Source: an uncultured Chloroflexota bacterium
GTDB taxonomy: Bacteria > Chloroflexota > Limnocylindria > Limnocylindrales > CSP1-4
Assembly: GCA_947085195.1 (NCBI GenBank)
Contig: CAMTVM010000061.1
Coordinates: 10,969 to 74,968 of the forward strand
Length of the DNA: 64,000 nucleotides
Reading direction: 5' to 3'
The notes under the pieces were generated by a model. That model was not told the DNA's origin and did not search any database. It was given only the letters and a program-made list of their open reading frames with translations. The translations under genes were made by a program, and so were the position numbers. Positions 1 to 11,426 of this stretch are shown one piece after another (within the stretch, counting starts at the first letter, position 1; the number at the start of each line of letters is the position of its first letter).

Positions 1-914
1 CTGCTGCCCGAGGAACTGCCACCCGACGAGCTGCCGCCGCTCGTGGTTCGCGGCTTGACCACCGGTTTCGGGGTGGGCTTGGGCGTCGGCATCGGGGCGC
101 CCCGGGCATCCGGCAGGATGAGCACCTGGCCCACGACGAGCGTCGGATCATCGAGCTCGTTGAGCTTGATGATGTTCTCCTCGCTGATTCGGTACTTCGC
201 GGCGAGGGACTCGAGGGTGTCGGTCTCCTTGACGTTGACGATGAGGCCGTTGACCGACGGGATCCGAAGCGTCTGCCCGATCCGGAGGTCGTCCTTGGAG
301 GTGAGCTTGTTCGCCCACCACACCGTCATCGTCGAGATGTCGAACTTGCGGGCGATCCCGGAGAGCGTGTCACCGGACTTGACGCGGTAGGTCTGGATCA
401 GGTCCGACCCGTCCTCGACGGCCGTATCCGGGGCGTAGCCCGTGAGGAGCGTCCCGTCGTCAAGGAACGGTCCGGGGTCCGTCGTGGCCTCCTCGGTACC
501 GGGCTCGGTCGTGATGTCGCTGGGGATCGTGAGGGGCCGGAAACTGACATCGGTCGTGTCGAGCCCGCCAGCGAACTCCGGGTCCGGGGCCTCCTCGACA
601 TCGATGGGGCCGATGCGGTTGATGCCGCCGCCGATGGCGATCCGGACATCCGTGCCGCGGCCCTGGGTCCCGCCGACGGCACCCTGCGGGGTGCCCGGCA
701 GGAGCGCGAGCAGCGAGGCGAACGCGACGATCGCTGCGACGGCCACGGGCAGGATCCGCTCGGCGGTCGTCAGCGGGCGAAGGGCGGCTGCGAGCGCGGC
801 GCTCAGCGAGCCTGCAGGGGTGCTTCGACGACCCGGCAACCGGGCTCGGAGCGCGCGGGCTGCGCTGATGCTCCGGCGGTTGATCCGTGAGGCGATCGAT
901 ACGGGGCGGCGCAC
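1..914 (-). CDS. LysM-repeat peptidoglycan-binding protein, partial (C-terminal part lies left of the window; probably a cell-wall hydrolase)
   Basis: Absent from the ORF track because there is no stop in the window. My minus-strand translation gives an Arg-rich N-terminus, one TM helix (ILPVAVAAIVAFASLLALL) and two LysM modules (IQTYRVKSGDTLSGIARKFDIS; VNVKETDTLESLAAKYRISEENI). The GTG start at 914 is a guess. The nearest upstream in-frame stop is at 1101-1103. Confidence 0.7.
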   Translation of the reverse strand, partial: MRRPVSIASRINRRSISAARALRARLPGRRSTPAGSLSAALAAALRPLTTAERILPVAVAAIVAFASLLALLPGTPQGAVGGTQGRGTDVRIAIGGGINRIGPIDVEEAPDPEFAGGLDTTDVSFRPLTIPSDITTEPGTEEATTDPGPFLDDGTLLTGYAPDTAVEDGSDLIQTYRVKSGDTLSGIARKFDISTMTVWWANKLTSKDDLRIGQTLRIPSVNGLIVNVKETDTLESLAAKYRISEENIIKLNELDDPTLVVGQVLILPDARGAPMPTPKPTPKPVVKPRTTSGGSSSGGSSSGS

Positions 915-1135
915 TTGACGCAGGCCGTCTTCAGGGCGCTGCGCGCCGTCCGGGTGCTTCTGCAATACGGTCTCCAGGCACAGGAATCGGGTCCTGGACG
1001 AGGCGCCGTCCCCGGCGCCATGCCCGATCCTTTCGGGGTCTCGATCCTCGTTCGTTTCGTCCCCCGCGGCCGATCCGGGGACCCGGGCCAACCGTTGACT
1101 TCACCGAACCCTACCAGACGCGTCAGAGGTCGCGC

Positions 1136-1171
1136 AAACGGCAGGCCCCCGTTGGTGGGGGCCGGTTGCCG
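1136..1171 (-). terminator. Candidate intrinsic terminator downstream of rho
   Basis: On the minus strand: CGGCA-ACC-GGCCCCC-ACCAAC-GGGGGCC-TGCCG followed by TTT, about 75 nt after the rho stop. The U-tract is short, so support is weak. Confidence 0.3.
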
Positions 1172-1244
1172 TCAAATCGGCAGTCCGAAGGTCCCGAAGC
1201 TACGGGAATCGTGAACCGCTCCGGGCAGTGCCGGGGGGATGCGT

Positions 1245-2627
1245 CTAGTCGGCGCTGCGGGTCAGGGACGCCAGGAACTGGGCGTTGCTCTCGGTCTTGG
1301 CGATCCGGTTGAGCAGCAGCTCGATGCCCTCGTTGGTGCCGACCGCGGACAGCATCCGGCGCATCGTCCAGACCATCTTGAGGGTGCCCTCCTCGAGCAG
1401 CAGCTCCTCGCGCCGGGTTCCGGAACGCTGGACGTCGATCGCCGGGAAGATGCGCTTCTCCGCCAGCTTGCGGTCCAGGATGAGCTCCGAGTTGCCGGTG
1501 CCCTTGAACTCCTCGTAGATGACGTCGTCCATGCGGGACCCGGTGTCCACGAGGCAGGTGGCGATGATGGTGAGGGAGCCGCCCTCCTCGATCTTCCGGG
1601 CGGCGCCGAAGAACCGCTTGGGCGGATAGAGCGCGATCGGGTCGATGCCGCCCGAGAGGGTCCGGCCGCTGGGCGGGAGCGCGAGGTTGTAGGCACGCGC
1701 GAGGCGGGTGATCGAGTCCAGCAGGATCACGACGTCCCGGCCGGTCTCGACCTGGCGCTTCGCGATCTCGAGCGCCATCTCCGCGACGTGGGTGTGGTTC
1801 TCGGTGGGCTCGTCGAAGGTGGAGCTGATGACCTCGCCGTGGACCGACCGGCGCATGTCCGTGACCTCCTCGGGCCGCTCGCCGATGAGGGCGACCATCA
1901 GGAGGATGTCCGGGTAGTTGTCGCTGATGCCGTTGGCGATGCTCTTGAGGAGCATCGTCTTGCCGGCCTTCGGCGGACTCACGATCAGCGCGCGCTGGCC
2001 CTTGCCCAGCGGGTTGACCAGGTTGACCAGCCGCTGGCTGAGGTTCTTCGGATCCGACTCGAGGTTGATCAGCTCGATCGGGTGGATCGGTGTCAGGTCC
2101 CCGAAATGCGGGCGGCGGCGCGCCGTGTCGGTATCGACGCCGTTGACGCTGTCGACGCGGATCAGGCCCCAGAACTTCTCGTCGGCGCGCGGGGCGCGTA
2201 CGGCACCGGTGACGCGATCGCCGATGCGCAGGCCGAAGCGCCGCACCTGGCTCGACGAGACGTAGACGTCGTCCGGGCTGGGCAGCAGGCCGTGCCGGCG
2301 CATGAAGCCGTAGCCCTCGTCCACGATGTCCAGGATGCCGAAGGCGTAGTCGAGCCCGGCTCGCTCGGTCTGGGCCTGCAGGATCTGGTCGACCAGGTCG
2401 TCCCGGCGATCCGCCGCGCCGATGTCGAGTTCGAGCCCCTTGACGACCTCGCGGAGCTCCTTGACCGACATCTCGCGCAAGTCGCGGATGTCCAGGTCGT
2501 TGCGATCCCGGGCGGCTTCGAGCTCGGCGACCTCGTCCTGCTCGGTGACGGGCAGGCGGTTGGTGGGCTGGGTTCGACGGCGCGGCCGGCGGTTGCGGCT
2601 GGGGCGCTGGTCGGGGCCGTTCGGCAT
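1245..2627 (-). CDS. rho: Transcription termination factor Rho
   Basis: 460 aa. Walker [19 protein letters not shown]-binding N-domain [16 protein letters not shown]-terminal [27 protein letters not shown]. Confidence 0.97.
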   Translation of the reverse strand: MPNGPDQRPSRNRRPRRRTQPTNRLPVTEQDEVAELEAARDRNDLDIRDLREMSVKELREVVKGLELDIGAADRRDDLVDQILQAQTERAGLDYAFGILDIVDEGYGFMRRHGLLPSPDDVYVSSSQVRRFGLRIGDRVTGAVRAPRADEKFWGLIRVDSVNGVDTDTARRRPHFGDLTPIHPIELINLESDPKNLSQRLVNLVNPLGKGQRALIVSPPKAGKTMLLKSIANGISDNYPDILLMVALIGERPEEVTDMRRSVHGEVISSTFDEPTENHTHVAEMALEIAKRQVETGRDVVILLDSITRLARAYNLALPPSGRTLSGGIDPIALYPPKRFFGAARKIEEGGSLTIIATCLVDTGSRMDDVIYEEFKGTGNSELILDRKLAEKRIFPAIDVQRSGTRREELLLEEGTLKMVWTMRRMLSAVGTNEGIELLLNRIAKTESNAQFLASLTRSAD

Positions 2628-2790
2628 GGGGTTGCGCGCACCTCGAAGGGCGGGGTCCGGTCACCGGCGACATCCGGCGGAGAGAGGATGGGTCGCGCCA
2701 CGGGCCGTGTCTCGCGCGGAATCGGGATGCGGTCGCGCGCGGCCGGTGGGGATGTCGGGAGCATATCGGACCTCGCGCCGCGACGTCAAC

Positions 2791-2822
2791 GTGCCGAGCG
2801 CGATTTGTGCCGAGCGCGATTG
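2791..2822. repeat. Tandem duplication gtgccgagcgcgatt x2 (16-bp period)
   Basis: Read directly. Lies between the pyrG stop (2834) and the rho start. Confidence 0.8.
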
Positions 2823-2833
2823 CGTCGCGGAGC

Positions 2834-4570
<1,737 letters not shown>

Positions 4571-4578
4571 CTATCCAA

Positions 4579-4616
4579 TCGGGAGGCCGCGGACAAGTCG
4601 GGAGGCCGCGGACAAG
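4579..4616. repeat. Tandem duplication tcgggaggccgcggacaag x2 (19 bp)
   Basis: Read directly. Lies 40-80 nt upstream of the pyrG start codon, next to the least GC-rich stretch in the area (ttttccaatgctatccaat). Confidence 0.8.
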
Positions 4617-4696
4617 GCGCGTGGGGGTTGCGATCCGGTACCGACGGGCCCGTTGAGGCGTGGGGGCGGGGCGGGTCGGGGGGATCGAGGCGGCAG

Positions 4697-4903
4697 ATTT
4701 CGTTCGGAGTGAACAGGGTGGCTGCGGTCCGTGGATCCATGTCCCTCGGAGGCCCCCGGGCGTCGTCCGGCCGGGCATCGTTGCCGCCGTTGCCGCCGAT
4801 GCCGCGTGGTGTGAGCGTGGCCTGGGCGTCAGGCGCGGCCGAGGACACGGGCGCGAGACCAGATGGGCCCGAAACGCCTGGGGCTGTTCACTCGGAGTGA
4901 AAT
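4697..4903. mobile_element. MITE/REPIN-like element, copy 1 (207 bp)
   Basis: Ends are atttcgttcggagtgaacag (4697-4716) and ctgttcactcggagtgaaat (4884-4903), which are inverted repeats of each other. The first ~45 nt on one side nearly match copy 2. Intergenic between eamA and pyrG. Confidence 0.55.
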
Positions 4904-4969
4904 CGTCCGCGTGTGGCACGGCCGGCGTGGTCGTGGATCCCGGCTCGGCGGCGCGGAGACCCACGTCGG

Positions 4970-6013
4970 TCACTCCCCTGCGCCGAGCCTCGCCCGCACG
5001 CGCGCCGGCACCACGGTCCGCCGCCGCGTCAGCGCCAAGCCCAGGATGATCACGCCTCCGCCGGCCACCTGGGCCGGCTGGATCGCCTCCGAGAGGAACA
5101 GCGCACCCAGGATGACCGCGCCGGCCGGGACCAGGAACTGGCTGACTGAAGCTCGCGTGGGCCCGACATGGCGGATGGCGTTGAAGACCAGCACATTTGC
5201 CGTCCCAGCGGCCAGCGCGCCCGAGTAGAGCACGGCGGCAATCGCCGGCAGGGTCACAGCGACCGGCGGTGACGTGGCCACCTCCCAGATTCCGAGCGGC
5301 ACCAGGAGGAGCGTCCCGCCCAGCACGGGCCACGCCGTCGCCTGGAGGGGATCCACCCGCCGGAGCAGCCGCGTCGCGATCACCGTGTACACCGCCCACA
5401 GGACGGCGGCCGTGAGCGTGAGCAGGTCGCCAACCAGCGAGGCCCCGATCGCCAGCTCATGACCGCCGGCGATGACGAGCGCCACGCCCGCGAACGCGAT
5501 CAACGCGCCTGCCAGCTTCGGTGGCGTCAGCCGATCCATCCCCACGGCGCCCGCCAGCAGGGCGGTGAGCACGGGGGAGGCCGCCACGATGAGAGCGGAG
5601 TCGCCCGCGGTGATCTGGGTGAGCCCGAGGGTCCAGGCGACCTGGTAGCCGCCGAACCCGAGCATGCCGAGGGCGATCAGCGGCAGCGTGAGCCCGGCAG
5701 GCCGGCGGATCCCACCCATCCGCCACCGGATCAACAGGAACAGCGTGATCGTTGCCACCACGAACCGGGTTGCCGTGAACGCGAGGGGACCCAGCTCGCC
5801 GATCGCCACCTTGACGACGACGAAGTTGGCCGACCAGATCAGGACCGCGAGCAGGACGCCCGCCTCCGCGAGCCGCCGGTCCCGAACCGAGGCGGCGGCG
5901 AACGCGGGCACGGGCACGGGCGCGGGCGCGGGCACGGAGACGCCCGCCGGAACGGCGGGCGTCTGGCGCGGGTTCGAGGGATCGACGGGCTCGGGGCCCG
6001 CCGGGGAGGACAC
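4970..6013 (-). CDS. EamA/DMT family transporter
   Basis: 347 aa, about 10 TM helices. LLAVLIWSANFVVVKVAI is typical of EamA repeats. GTG start. Confidence 0.85.
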   Translation of the reverse strand: MSSPAGPEPVDPSNPRQTPAVPAGVSVPAPAPVPVPAFAAASVRDRRLAEAGVLLAVLIWSANFVVVKVAIGELGPLAFTATRFVVATITLFLLIRWRMGGIRRPAGLTLPLIALGMLGFGGYQVAWTLGLTQITAGDSALIVAASPVLTALLAGAVGMDRLTPPKLAGALIAFAGVALVIAGGHELAIGASLVGDLLTLTAAVLWAVYTVIATRLLRRVDPLQATAWPVLGGTLLLVPLGIWEVATSPPVAVTLPAIAAVLYSGALAAGTANVLVFNAIRHVGPTRASVSQFLVPAGAVILGALFLSEAIQPAQVAGGGVIILGLALTRRRTVVPARVRARLGAGE

Positions 6014-6018
6014 CGGGA

Positions 6019-6180
6019 TCAGGCGCCTTCCTGCTCGAGTTCGAGCGCCTCTTCGTCGTCCTCCTCGGTCAGCTTCAGCCAGACGAAGAGTCCGGCAAGC
6101 ACGACGAGCGGGATGACGATCAACGCGCCCAGGGTGACCCCGAGCGCGACGGCAACGGTCCGCAACGCCTTCATGGGCAT
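6019..6180 (-). CDS. Small single-pass membrane protein (53 aa) with acidic tail
   Basis: MPMKALRTVAVALGVTLGALIVIPLVVLAGLFVWLKLTEEDDEEALELEQEGA. AAGGAGG lies just upstream of the ATG at 6180. The ORF-track 6019..6402 N-terminal extension overlaps the neighbouring gene and looks spurious. Confidence 0.45.
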   Translation of the reverse strand: MPMKALRTVAVALGVTLGALIVIPLVVLAGLFVWLKLTEEDDEEALELEQEGA

Positions 6181-6235
6181 GGGCCTCCTTGCTACAACGG
6201 GTCGGCGTTGATTGTGCCCGGTGTCGGGCGCCCTG

Positions 6236-6745
6236 TCACGAGCCGGGGGCAGTGCCCCGGGCTCGGAGCGTCGGGCCCTCCGACATGAGGGCCGAGATGT
6301 CCTCGCGGGTGAACTCCGCCAGCTGGTGATGGGCACCGGCCTGGCCCGCGAGCAGGAGTCGGACCACGTAGGCCCCGTCCTGCTCGAACAGGAAGACGTC
6401 ACGGGGCTTCTGCTGGTCCATCCAGCGTCCGATCACACGGAACGCGCGCTCGTGTCCGGCGTCCGGCATGCCCGGCATCGGGTCAGCCCCGCGCCGCGAC
6501 ACGGCCTCCTCCATGAACCTCGCGATGTCGTCGTCGACGAAGGTCAGGGTCTCCTTGCCCTCGGTCCCGACCGTCTCGGACCATGCCGAGGCGGATCCGC
6601 CGGACACCACGAGGCCCTGGACGACGAACCCGTCCGGCACCTCGAGCAGCAGGATGTCCCGCATGCCGCGCGCATCGAGGAAGGCACCGATCGACCGGAA
6701 GACCTCCTCGAAATCCTGCCGCGGGCTCCCCTCGTAGATCCGCAT
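6236..6745 (-). CDS. Hypothetical protein with internal tandem duplication (169 aa)
   Basis: Start chosen at MRIYEG, with GAGGAG upstream. The two halves align: FRSIGAFLDARGMRDILLLEVPDGFVVQGL versus FRVIGRWMDQQKPRDVFLFEQDGAYVVRLL. I do not recognise the family. Confidence 0.55.
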   Translation of the reverse strand: MRIYEGSPRQDFEEVFRSIGAFLDARGMRDILLLEVPDGFVVQGLVVSGGSASAWSETVGTEGKETLTFVDDDIARFMEEAVSRRGADPMPGMPDAGHERAFRVIGRWMDQQKPRDVFLFEQDGAYVVRLLLAGQAGAHHQLAEFTREDISALMSEGPTLRARGTAPGS

Positions 6746-6962
6746 GGCTGCTCCTCGTTGAGCGCCCGCCCCGGGGCGTTGAACCGGGCGCTGCGAGCCG
6801 GTGGTCCGGCCCTGCGGGCCCCGATCCATGGCGCGTCGTCCGCTGGAGCAGAAGATCGCGTTGGCCCCGAGTGTAGTCAGCGCCCCTGCCACGCACAAGG
6901 CGCACGCGACACGGGCTGGGACCCCGACGCGGCCGCCGCCCCGCACGGAGCCGGCGACATTC

Positions 6963-7008
6963 GGTCAGCCGAGGGTCAGCCGGCACTCAGCCGCAGGTCA
7001 GCCGGCCA
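6963..7008. repeat. Four tandem copies of (gg)tcagccg (11-13 bp period) spanning the psuG stop codon
   Basis: ggtcagccgag ggtcagccggcac tcagccgca ggtcagccggcca. Each copy carries tca, the complement of the TGA stop. Confidence 0.75.
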
Positions 7009-7930
7009 GCGCCACCGCCAGCTCGCCCGCGACGCGCGCGTTGTTGAGGATCAGCGAGGTGTTGGCCACGACCGACGCGCCGTCGGTGATCGCCGCCACG
7101 CGGGCGAGCAGCCACGGCGTCACCGCGGGACCCGTGATCCCGGCCCGCTCGGCCTCGTGGATGGCCCGCGCGATCGCTTCGCGGGCGACATTGTCCGGGA
7201 GGGCGTCCGCCTCGGGCACGGGCGTGCACACGAGGATGCCGGAGCCCAGCCCCAGCGCCGCGTGGGCGCTCACGACCGCCGCTGCGCCCGCGACGTCCGG
7301 CACGGACTGGGGGGCCGGGATCCCGCTGCCGCGCGAGTAGAACCCGGGCAGCTCATCCGTCCCGATCGCCAGCACCGGGACGCCGTGCGTCTCCAGGTAC
7401 TCGAGGGTCAGCGGCACGTCCAGGATCGCCTTGGGACCCGCGCAGACGACGGTGACCGGGGTCCGCGCCAGCTCGCCGAGGTCGGCGGAGATGTCGAAGC
7501 TGGGCCGATCACCACCCAGGGCGCCGCGGTGGACGCCGCCGATGCCGCCCGTGGCGAACACCCGGATGCCGACGGCGTGCGCGGCGATCATCGTGGCCGA
7601 TACGGTGGTGGCGCCCCAGCCGCCCCAGGCGATGGCGGCCGCGAGGCTCGGGCGCGCGACCTTGCGCACGGATCCGCGTGGCACCGTGGCCAGGGTCTCC
7701 AGCTGGTCCGCGGACAGGCCCACCAGGAGCCGGCCACCGTGGAGCGCCACGGTCGCGGGCACGGCGCCGGCGGACCGGACGGCCAGCTCGGACGCGGTGG
7801 CGACCTCGATGTTGCGCGGGTGGGCGAACCCGTGGGTGATGAGCGTGGACTCGAGGACGACGACGGGGCGGCCGTCGCGCAGGGCGTCGGCGACCTCGGG
7901 GGCGATGGCGATGCGGTCGGGGCTGAGCAT
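6998..7930 (-). CDS. psuG: Pseudouridine-5'-phosphate glycosidase
   Basis: Start at MLSPDRIAIAPEV (310 aa). VVLESTLITHG, FATGGIGGVHRG and VVCAGPKAILD are typical of the PsuG/IndA family. Confidence 0.9.
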   Translation of the reverse strand: MLSPDRIAIAPEVADALRDGRPVVVLESTLITHGFAHPRNIEVATASELAVRSAGAVPATVALHGGRLLVGLSADQLETLATVPRGSVRKVARPSLAAAIAWGGWGATTVSATMIAAHAVGIRVFATGGIGGVHRGALGGDRPSFDISADLGELARTPVTVVCAGPKAILDVPLTLEYLETHGVPVLAIGTDELPGFYSRGSGIPAPQSVPDVAGAAAVVSAHAALGLGSGILVCTPVPEADALPDNVAREAIARAIHEAERAGITGPAVTPWLLARVAAITDGASVVANTSLILNNARVAGELAVALAG

Positions 7931-8007
7931 GCGACGAGGGTACGTCCGCGGTGCGCACCGTGCACCGGGCGATGACGGCGCAGCCCTCCCGGGACTAGGC
8001 TCACGGC

Positions 8008-10047
8008 ATGGCCGATCGCACGCGCCGGGCTCACCGGCTCCCCACTCCCGAGACGCTCCGCAGGCAGGTTGTCCTCGAGGAGCACGATCTGGCGCCCGAC
8101 GGGTCGTTCGCCGTGGTCTCGCGGCGGACCGTGGAGGGCGAAGTGTACGTGTCGGGCCTGTGGCTGGTGCCGATCTCCGCCGCCGGGCGGGGCCTGCCAC
8201 CGCGCCGCCTGACCCGCGGCCCGTTCCGCGACACCCGCCCCGCCATCTCCCCCGATGGTCGTCGCGTGGCGTTCACCCGCGCCGTGCCCGGTGACGACGA
8301 CGCCCCGACCTCCCTCCGCATCCTGGACCTCGAGGGCGGTGAGCCGCTGACGGTGCCCCTCGGCGATCTCTCGGCGGGCGAGCTCGCGTGGTCGCCGGAC
8401 GGCCGGTTGATCGCGTTCATCGCCGAGACCGGTGAGCAGCGGCTGATGGTCGGTCCCAAGCCGGCGAAGGGCGAGCCGCGCGCCCGGCGGGTGACGACGC
8501 TGGACTGGCGCTGGGACGAGGTGGGCTACCTCGACCGCCGGAGTCAGGTGCACGTGGTCCCCGCGGGCGAGGACGGGCGCGTCCAGTGCCTGACCGGCGT
8601 CGGGGGCGGCGCCTCCGGCATCGCCTGGCGTCCCGACGGGCAGGCCATCGCGTTCACGGCCGATCCCAGGGACGATGCCGACCGCCACCCGCGCACGTCG
8701 ATCTGGGAGGTGCCGCTCAAGGGCGGCGAGCCGCGCGAGATCCTGGCCCTGGCCGGGCCCGTGAAGTCGCCGGCATATGCGCCGGACGGCGGCTGGATCG
8801 CGGGCATCGGCGTTGACGACCCGGACTTCTTCGATGACGTCTCCCCGGCCCTGTTCGTGGGTCCGGCGGACGGCTCCGAGGCCGCGGCCGCCGTTCCGCT
8901 GGCGCCGGACCTGGACCGGCCGGTGGGCAACTGGGCAGACACTGACCTGACCGGGTGGATGACGAACAGCCGCCCGGGGCCCGCTTGGGACGGGGTGGGC
9001 GCGGTCATCGCGCTGGTCACGGATCGCGGAAGGACGCAGCCGTGGCGGTTCCCGTTCGATCCCGTGACCGGCCGGCCCGCCGGTGAGCCCATCCGCCTGG
9101 TCCAGGGCGACGTCATGGCCAACACGTTGGCCATCGGCGGCGGTCGGATCACGGTCACGGCCACCGTCGGCGCGCGGCCGCCGGAGCTGTGCCTGGTCAC
9201 GGACGACGGCTCGCTGCGCCCGATCACGAAGATGGGCTCCGCCTGGAGCGAAGGCCTCGCCTGGCCGGAGATGCGCGCCGTCCAGGCGCCCGGCCCCGGC
9301 GGCCCGATCGACACCTGGATCGCCTCGCCCGCCGGTGCTTCGGACGGGCCGCTCCCGACGATCGTGGACATCCACGGCGGGCCGCTCGGCGCCTGGGCCC
9401 CGGCCCCGTCGCTGGAGGTGGTGATGCTCTGTGCCCGCGGCTACCGCGTGATCCTGCCGAACATCCGCGGTTCCGCGTCCTGCGGCGCAGGGTGGATCAC
9501 GCCGCAGCTCGGCGACTGGGGCGGGCCGGATGCGGAGGACGTGCACGCGGCGCTCGACCACGTCATTGCGCTGGGGCTCGCGGACCCCGAGCGGCTCGGC
9601 GCGCTGGGGCTGTCCTACGGCGGGTTCATGGTCAACTGGCTCGTGGGGACCACAGGCCGGTTCCGCGCGGCCGTGTCCGAGAACGGCGTGACCAACCAGG
9701 TCTCGGCGTGGGCCCACAGCGACAGCGGCCCCGAGTACTGCCGCGCGGCGCGCATGGGCGACGCCACCACGCCGGAGGGCGTCGAGCAGCTCTGGCGCCA
9801 GTCGCCGCTGCGGAACGTCGCCAGCGTCCGGACGCCGCTGCTGATGCTCCAGTCGGAGGCCGACCGGCGCTGCCCGCCCGCGGACAACGAGCAGTTCTTC
9901 GTGGCACTCCGCTGGCTGGGCCGGGAGGTGGAGTACATCCTCTACCCGGGGGAGTTCCACGTGCTCCAGGCGACCGGCCGGATCGACCGGCGCATCGACC
10001 GGATGACCCGGATGCTGGACTGGTTCGACCGCTTCGTGCGGGGGTAG
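8008..10047 (+). CDS. S9 family serine peptidase (prolyl oligopeptidase / acylaminoacyl-peptidase type)
   Basis: 679 aa. N-terminal beta-propeller-like repeats (ISPDGRRVAF, WSPDGRLIAF, WRPDGQAIAF, YAPDGGWIAG). Nucleophile motif GLSYGGFM. Confidence 0.9.
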   Translation: MADRTRRAHRLPTPETLRRQVVLEEHDLAPDGSFAVVSRRTVEGEVYVSGLWLVPISAAGRGLPPRRLTRGPFRDTRPAISPDGRRVAFTRAVPGDDDAPTSLRILDLEGGEPLTVPLGDLSAGELAWSPDGRLIAFIAETGEQRLMVGPKPAKGEPRARRVTTLDWRWDEVGYLDRRSQVHVVPAGEDGRVQCLTGVGGGASGIAWRPDGQAIAFTADPRDDADRHPRTSIWEVPLKGGEPREILALAGPVKSPAYAPDGGWIAGIGVDDPDFFDDVSPALFVGPADGSEAAAAVPLAPDLDRPVGNWADTDLTGWMTNSRPGPAWDGVGAVIALVTDRGRTQPWRFPFDPVTGRPAGEPIRLVQGDVMANTLAIGGGRITVTATVGARPPELCLVTDDGSLRPITKMGSAWSEGLAWPEMRAVQAPGPGGPIDTWIASPAGASDGPLPTIVDIHGGPLGAWAPAPSLEVVMLCARGYRVILPNIRGSASCGAGWITPQLGDWGGPDAEDVHAALDHVIALGLADPERLGALGLSYGGFMVNWLVGTTGRFRAAVSENGVTNQVSAWAHSDSGPEYCRAARMGDATTPEGVEQLWRQSPLRNVASVRTPLLMLQSEADRRCPPADNEQFFVALRWLGREVEYILYPGEFHVLQATGRIDRRIDRMTRMLDWFDRFVRG

Positions 10048-10442
10048 GGGCGAGCGGGAACGCGACCGCGGCCACGCCGACCCCCCCCTTCTACCCATGA
10101 CACGGGCGTTCGCGGCAGGGCCCGGTCCGGATCACGCCCTTCATGCACCGGGTGGGTACGAGCGCGTCCCTTGGGGCTCCGACCTGCGCATACACCTGCG
10201 GAGCGGGTACTCGCGCAACCGTGCCCCGCGCTACCGCTGCAAAGACCCGCGGTGTGGGCATTGGCGCAGGTCCTGGATCGGTCGGGCGGCCACCCGTGCG
10301 TGGCCCTGACCGATGATGGGGAGCGCCGGGGGAGCGCCGGGCGACAGCCTCGTTGGTCATGCCCGCCTGACGGGTGGATGCGGAAGTCCGGGCCGGCAAC
10401 TCGCCGGGCGACGGACCGGCAGCAACCTCGCCGGGCTCACCG

Positions 10443-11426
10443 TCAACCGAAGATCAACTCCCCCGGAGGGTTCGCCAGGTGGCGCAACGCCAGCCGATTG
10501 CCGGCCACCGCACCCCGCTGGAGGGCGGCGGACGGGGCCAGGCCGCGCCGACGCGCATCGAGCCATGCGGCCAGGAACCCGGCGTTGAACGCGTCGCCGG
10601 CGCCAGTCGTGTCGGCGGCCTTGATCGGCGTGGTGGCGACCTCGAAGCGGAGGATCTCCGCGCCGTCGCGCACCAGGACGTTGGCGCCCTTGCGGCCGCG
10701 CTTGACGACCGCGATCGGTGCCAGGCCCAGCAGGCCCTCCTCGCGCTTCGGGCCCATGAGAGCCTTCGCCTCGTCGCGGGTGGCGAACAGCAGGTCCGGG
10801 GCTGCCTCGCGGATCAGCGCCATGGCGGTGCGGCGGCCCCTGGCGAGGAGCGGCGCGCTGGACGAGAGGTCCACGGTGACCAGCGCCCCGGCCTGCCGCG
10901 CCATGCGGATCGCGACCATGCCCGCCCGGCCCAACGGCTGGTCCAGGAGCGAGTAGGCGGGCAGGTGGACCACTTCGGCCCCGGTGAACCAGTCCGCGCG
11001 CAGGTCCTCCGGGCGCAGCCGCAGGGCCGCCCCGCGCTGGGTGATGAAGGACCGCTCGCCGCTCGCCTCCACGAACACGCCGATCCGGCCGGTCCGGGCA
11101 CCGGCCACGCGGACAACCCGCATCTTCACGCCGTCCCCGGACAGCGCGGCAACGAGAGCGCGGCCGGTCGCGTCCCGACCCACGGCGCACACCAGCGAGC
11201 TCCTCGCGCCGATCCGCCCGAGCCACCGCGCGGTCGAGGCCGCCGAGCCGCCCTGGCGCAGGAGCACGCGCCCGGTGATGTCCGTGCCGCGCTCGAGGTC
11301 CCGGTCCGCGGCCAGCACCACGTCCATGACGAGGTCGCCGACGACCACGATCGACGGTCGATCCGCGGCCGGCCAGCGGCGAGGGCGGGAGACGGGCAGG
11401 CGGCGTGGATCCGGGATGGCGGGCAT
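10443..11426 (-). CDS. PfkB-family carbohydrate/nucleoside kinase
   Basis: The C-terminal 327 aa of ORF 10443..13715, starting at MPAIPDP. VVVGDLVMDVV, and the PfkB signature DTTGAGDAFNAGFLAAW. Confidence 0.85.
   Translation of the reverse strand: MPAIPDPRRLPVSRPRRWPAADRPSIVVVGDLVMDVVLAADRDLERGTDITGRVLLRQGGSAASTARWLGRIGARSSLVCAVGRDATGRALVAALSGDGVKMRVVRVAGARTGRIGVFVEASGERSFITQRGAALRLRPEDLRADWFTGAEVVHLPAYSLLDQPLGRAGMVAIRMARQAGALVTVDLSSSAPLLARGRRTAMALIREAAPDLLFATRDEAKALMGPKREEGLLGLAPIAVVKRGRKGANVLVRDGAEILRFEVATTPIKAADTTGAGDAFNAGFLAAWLDARRRGLAPSAALQRGAVAGNRLALRHLANPPGELIFG

Noticed and set aside
915-1244. ydaO/c-di-AMP riboswitch upstream of the LysM protein gene
   Set aside because: A few short motifs resemble pieces of the consensus. 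Their order differs from what I remember, and the AGCUAACCUCG-like segment is absent. I cannot support the call without a covariance-model search.
4697-4716. TTCACTC-N-GAGTGAA palindromes as CIRCE (HrcA) or other heat-shock operators
   Set aside because: CIRCE is TTAGCACTC-N9-GAGTGCTAA. Here the arms are separated by 1 nt. The sites are not upstream of chaperone genes, and they occur as the ends of ~200-bp repeated units.
6181-6402. N-terminal extension of ORF 6019..6402
   Set aside because: It overlaps the 3' end of the 6236..6745 gene in another frame and is Ser/Arg/Pro-rich. A good RBS (AAGGAGG) precedes the internal ATG at 6180.
7588-10098. 836-aa ORF on the minus strand
   Set aside because: It lies entirely antisense to the well-supported S9 peptidase. 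The translation is Arg/Pro/Gly/Ala-rich with no recognisable motif. This is the typical stop-codon-poor antisense frame of very GC-rich DNA.
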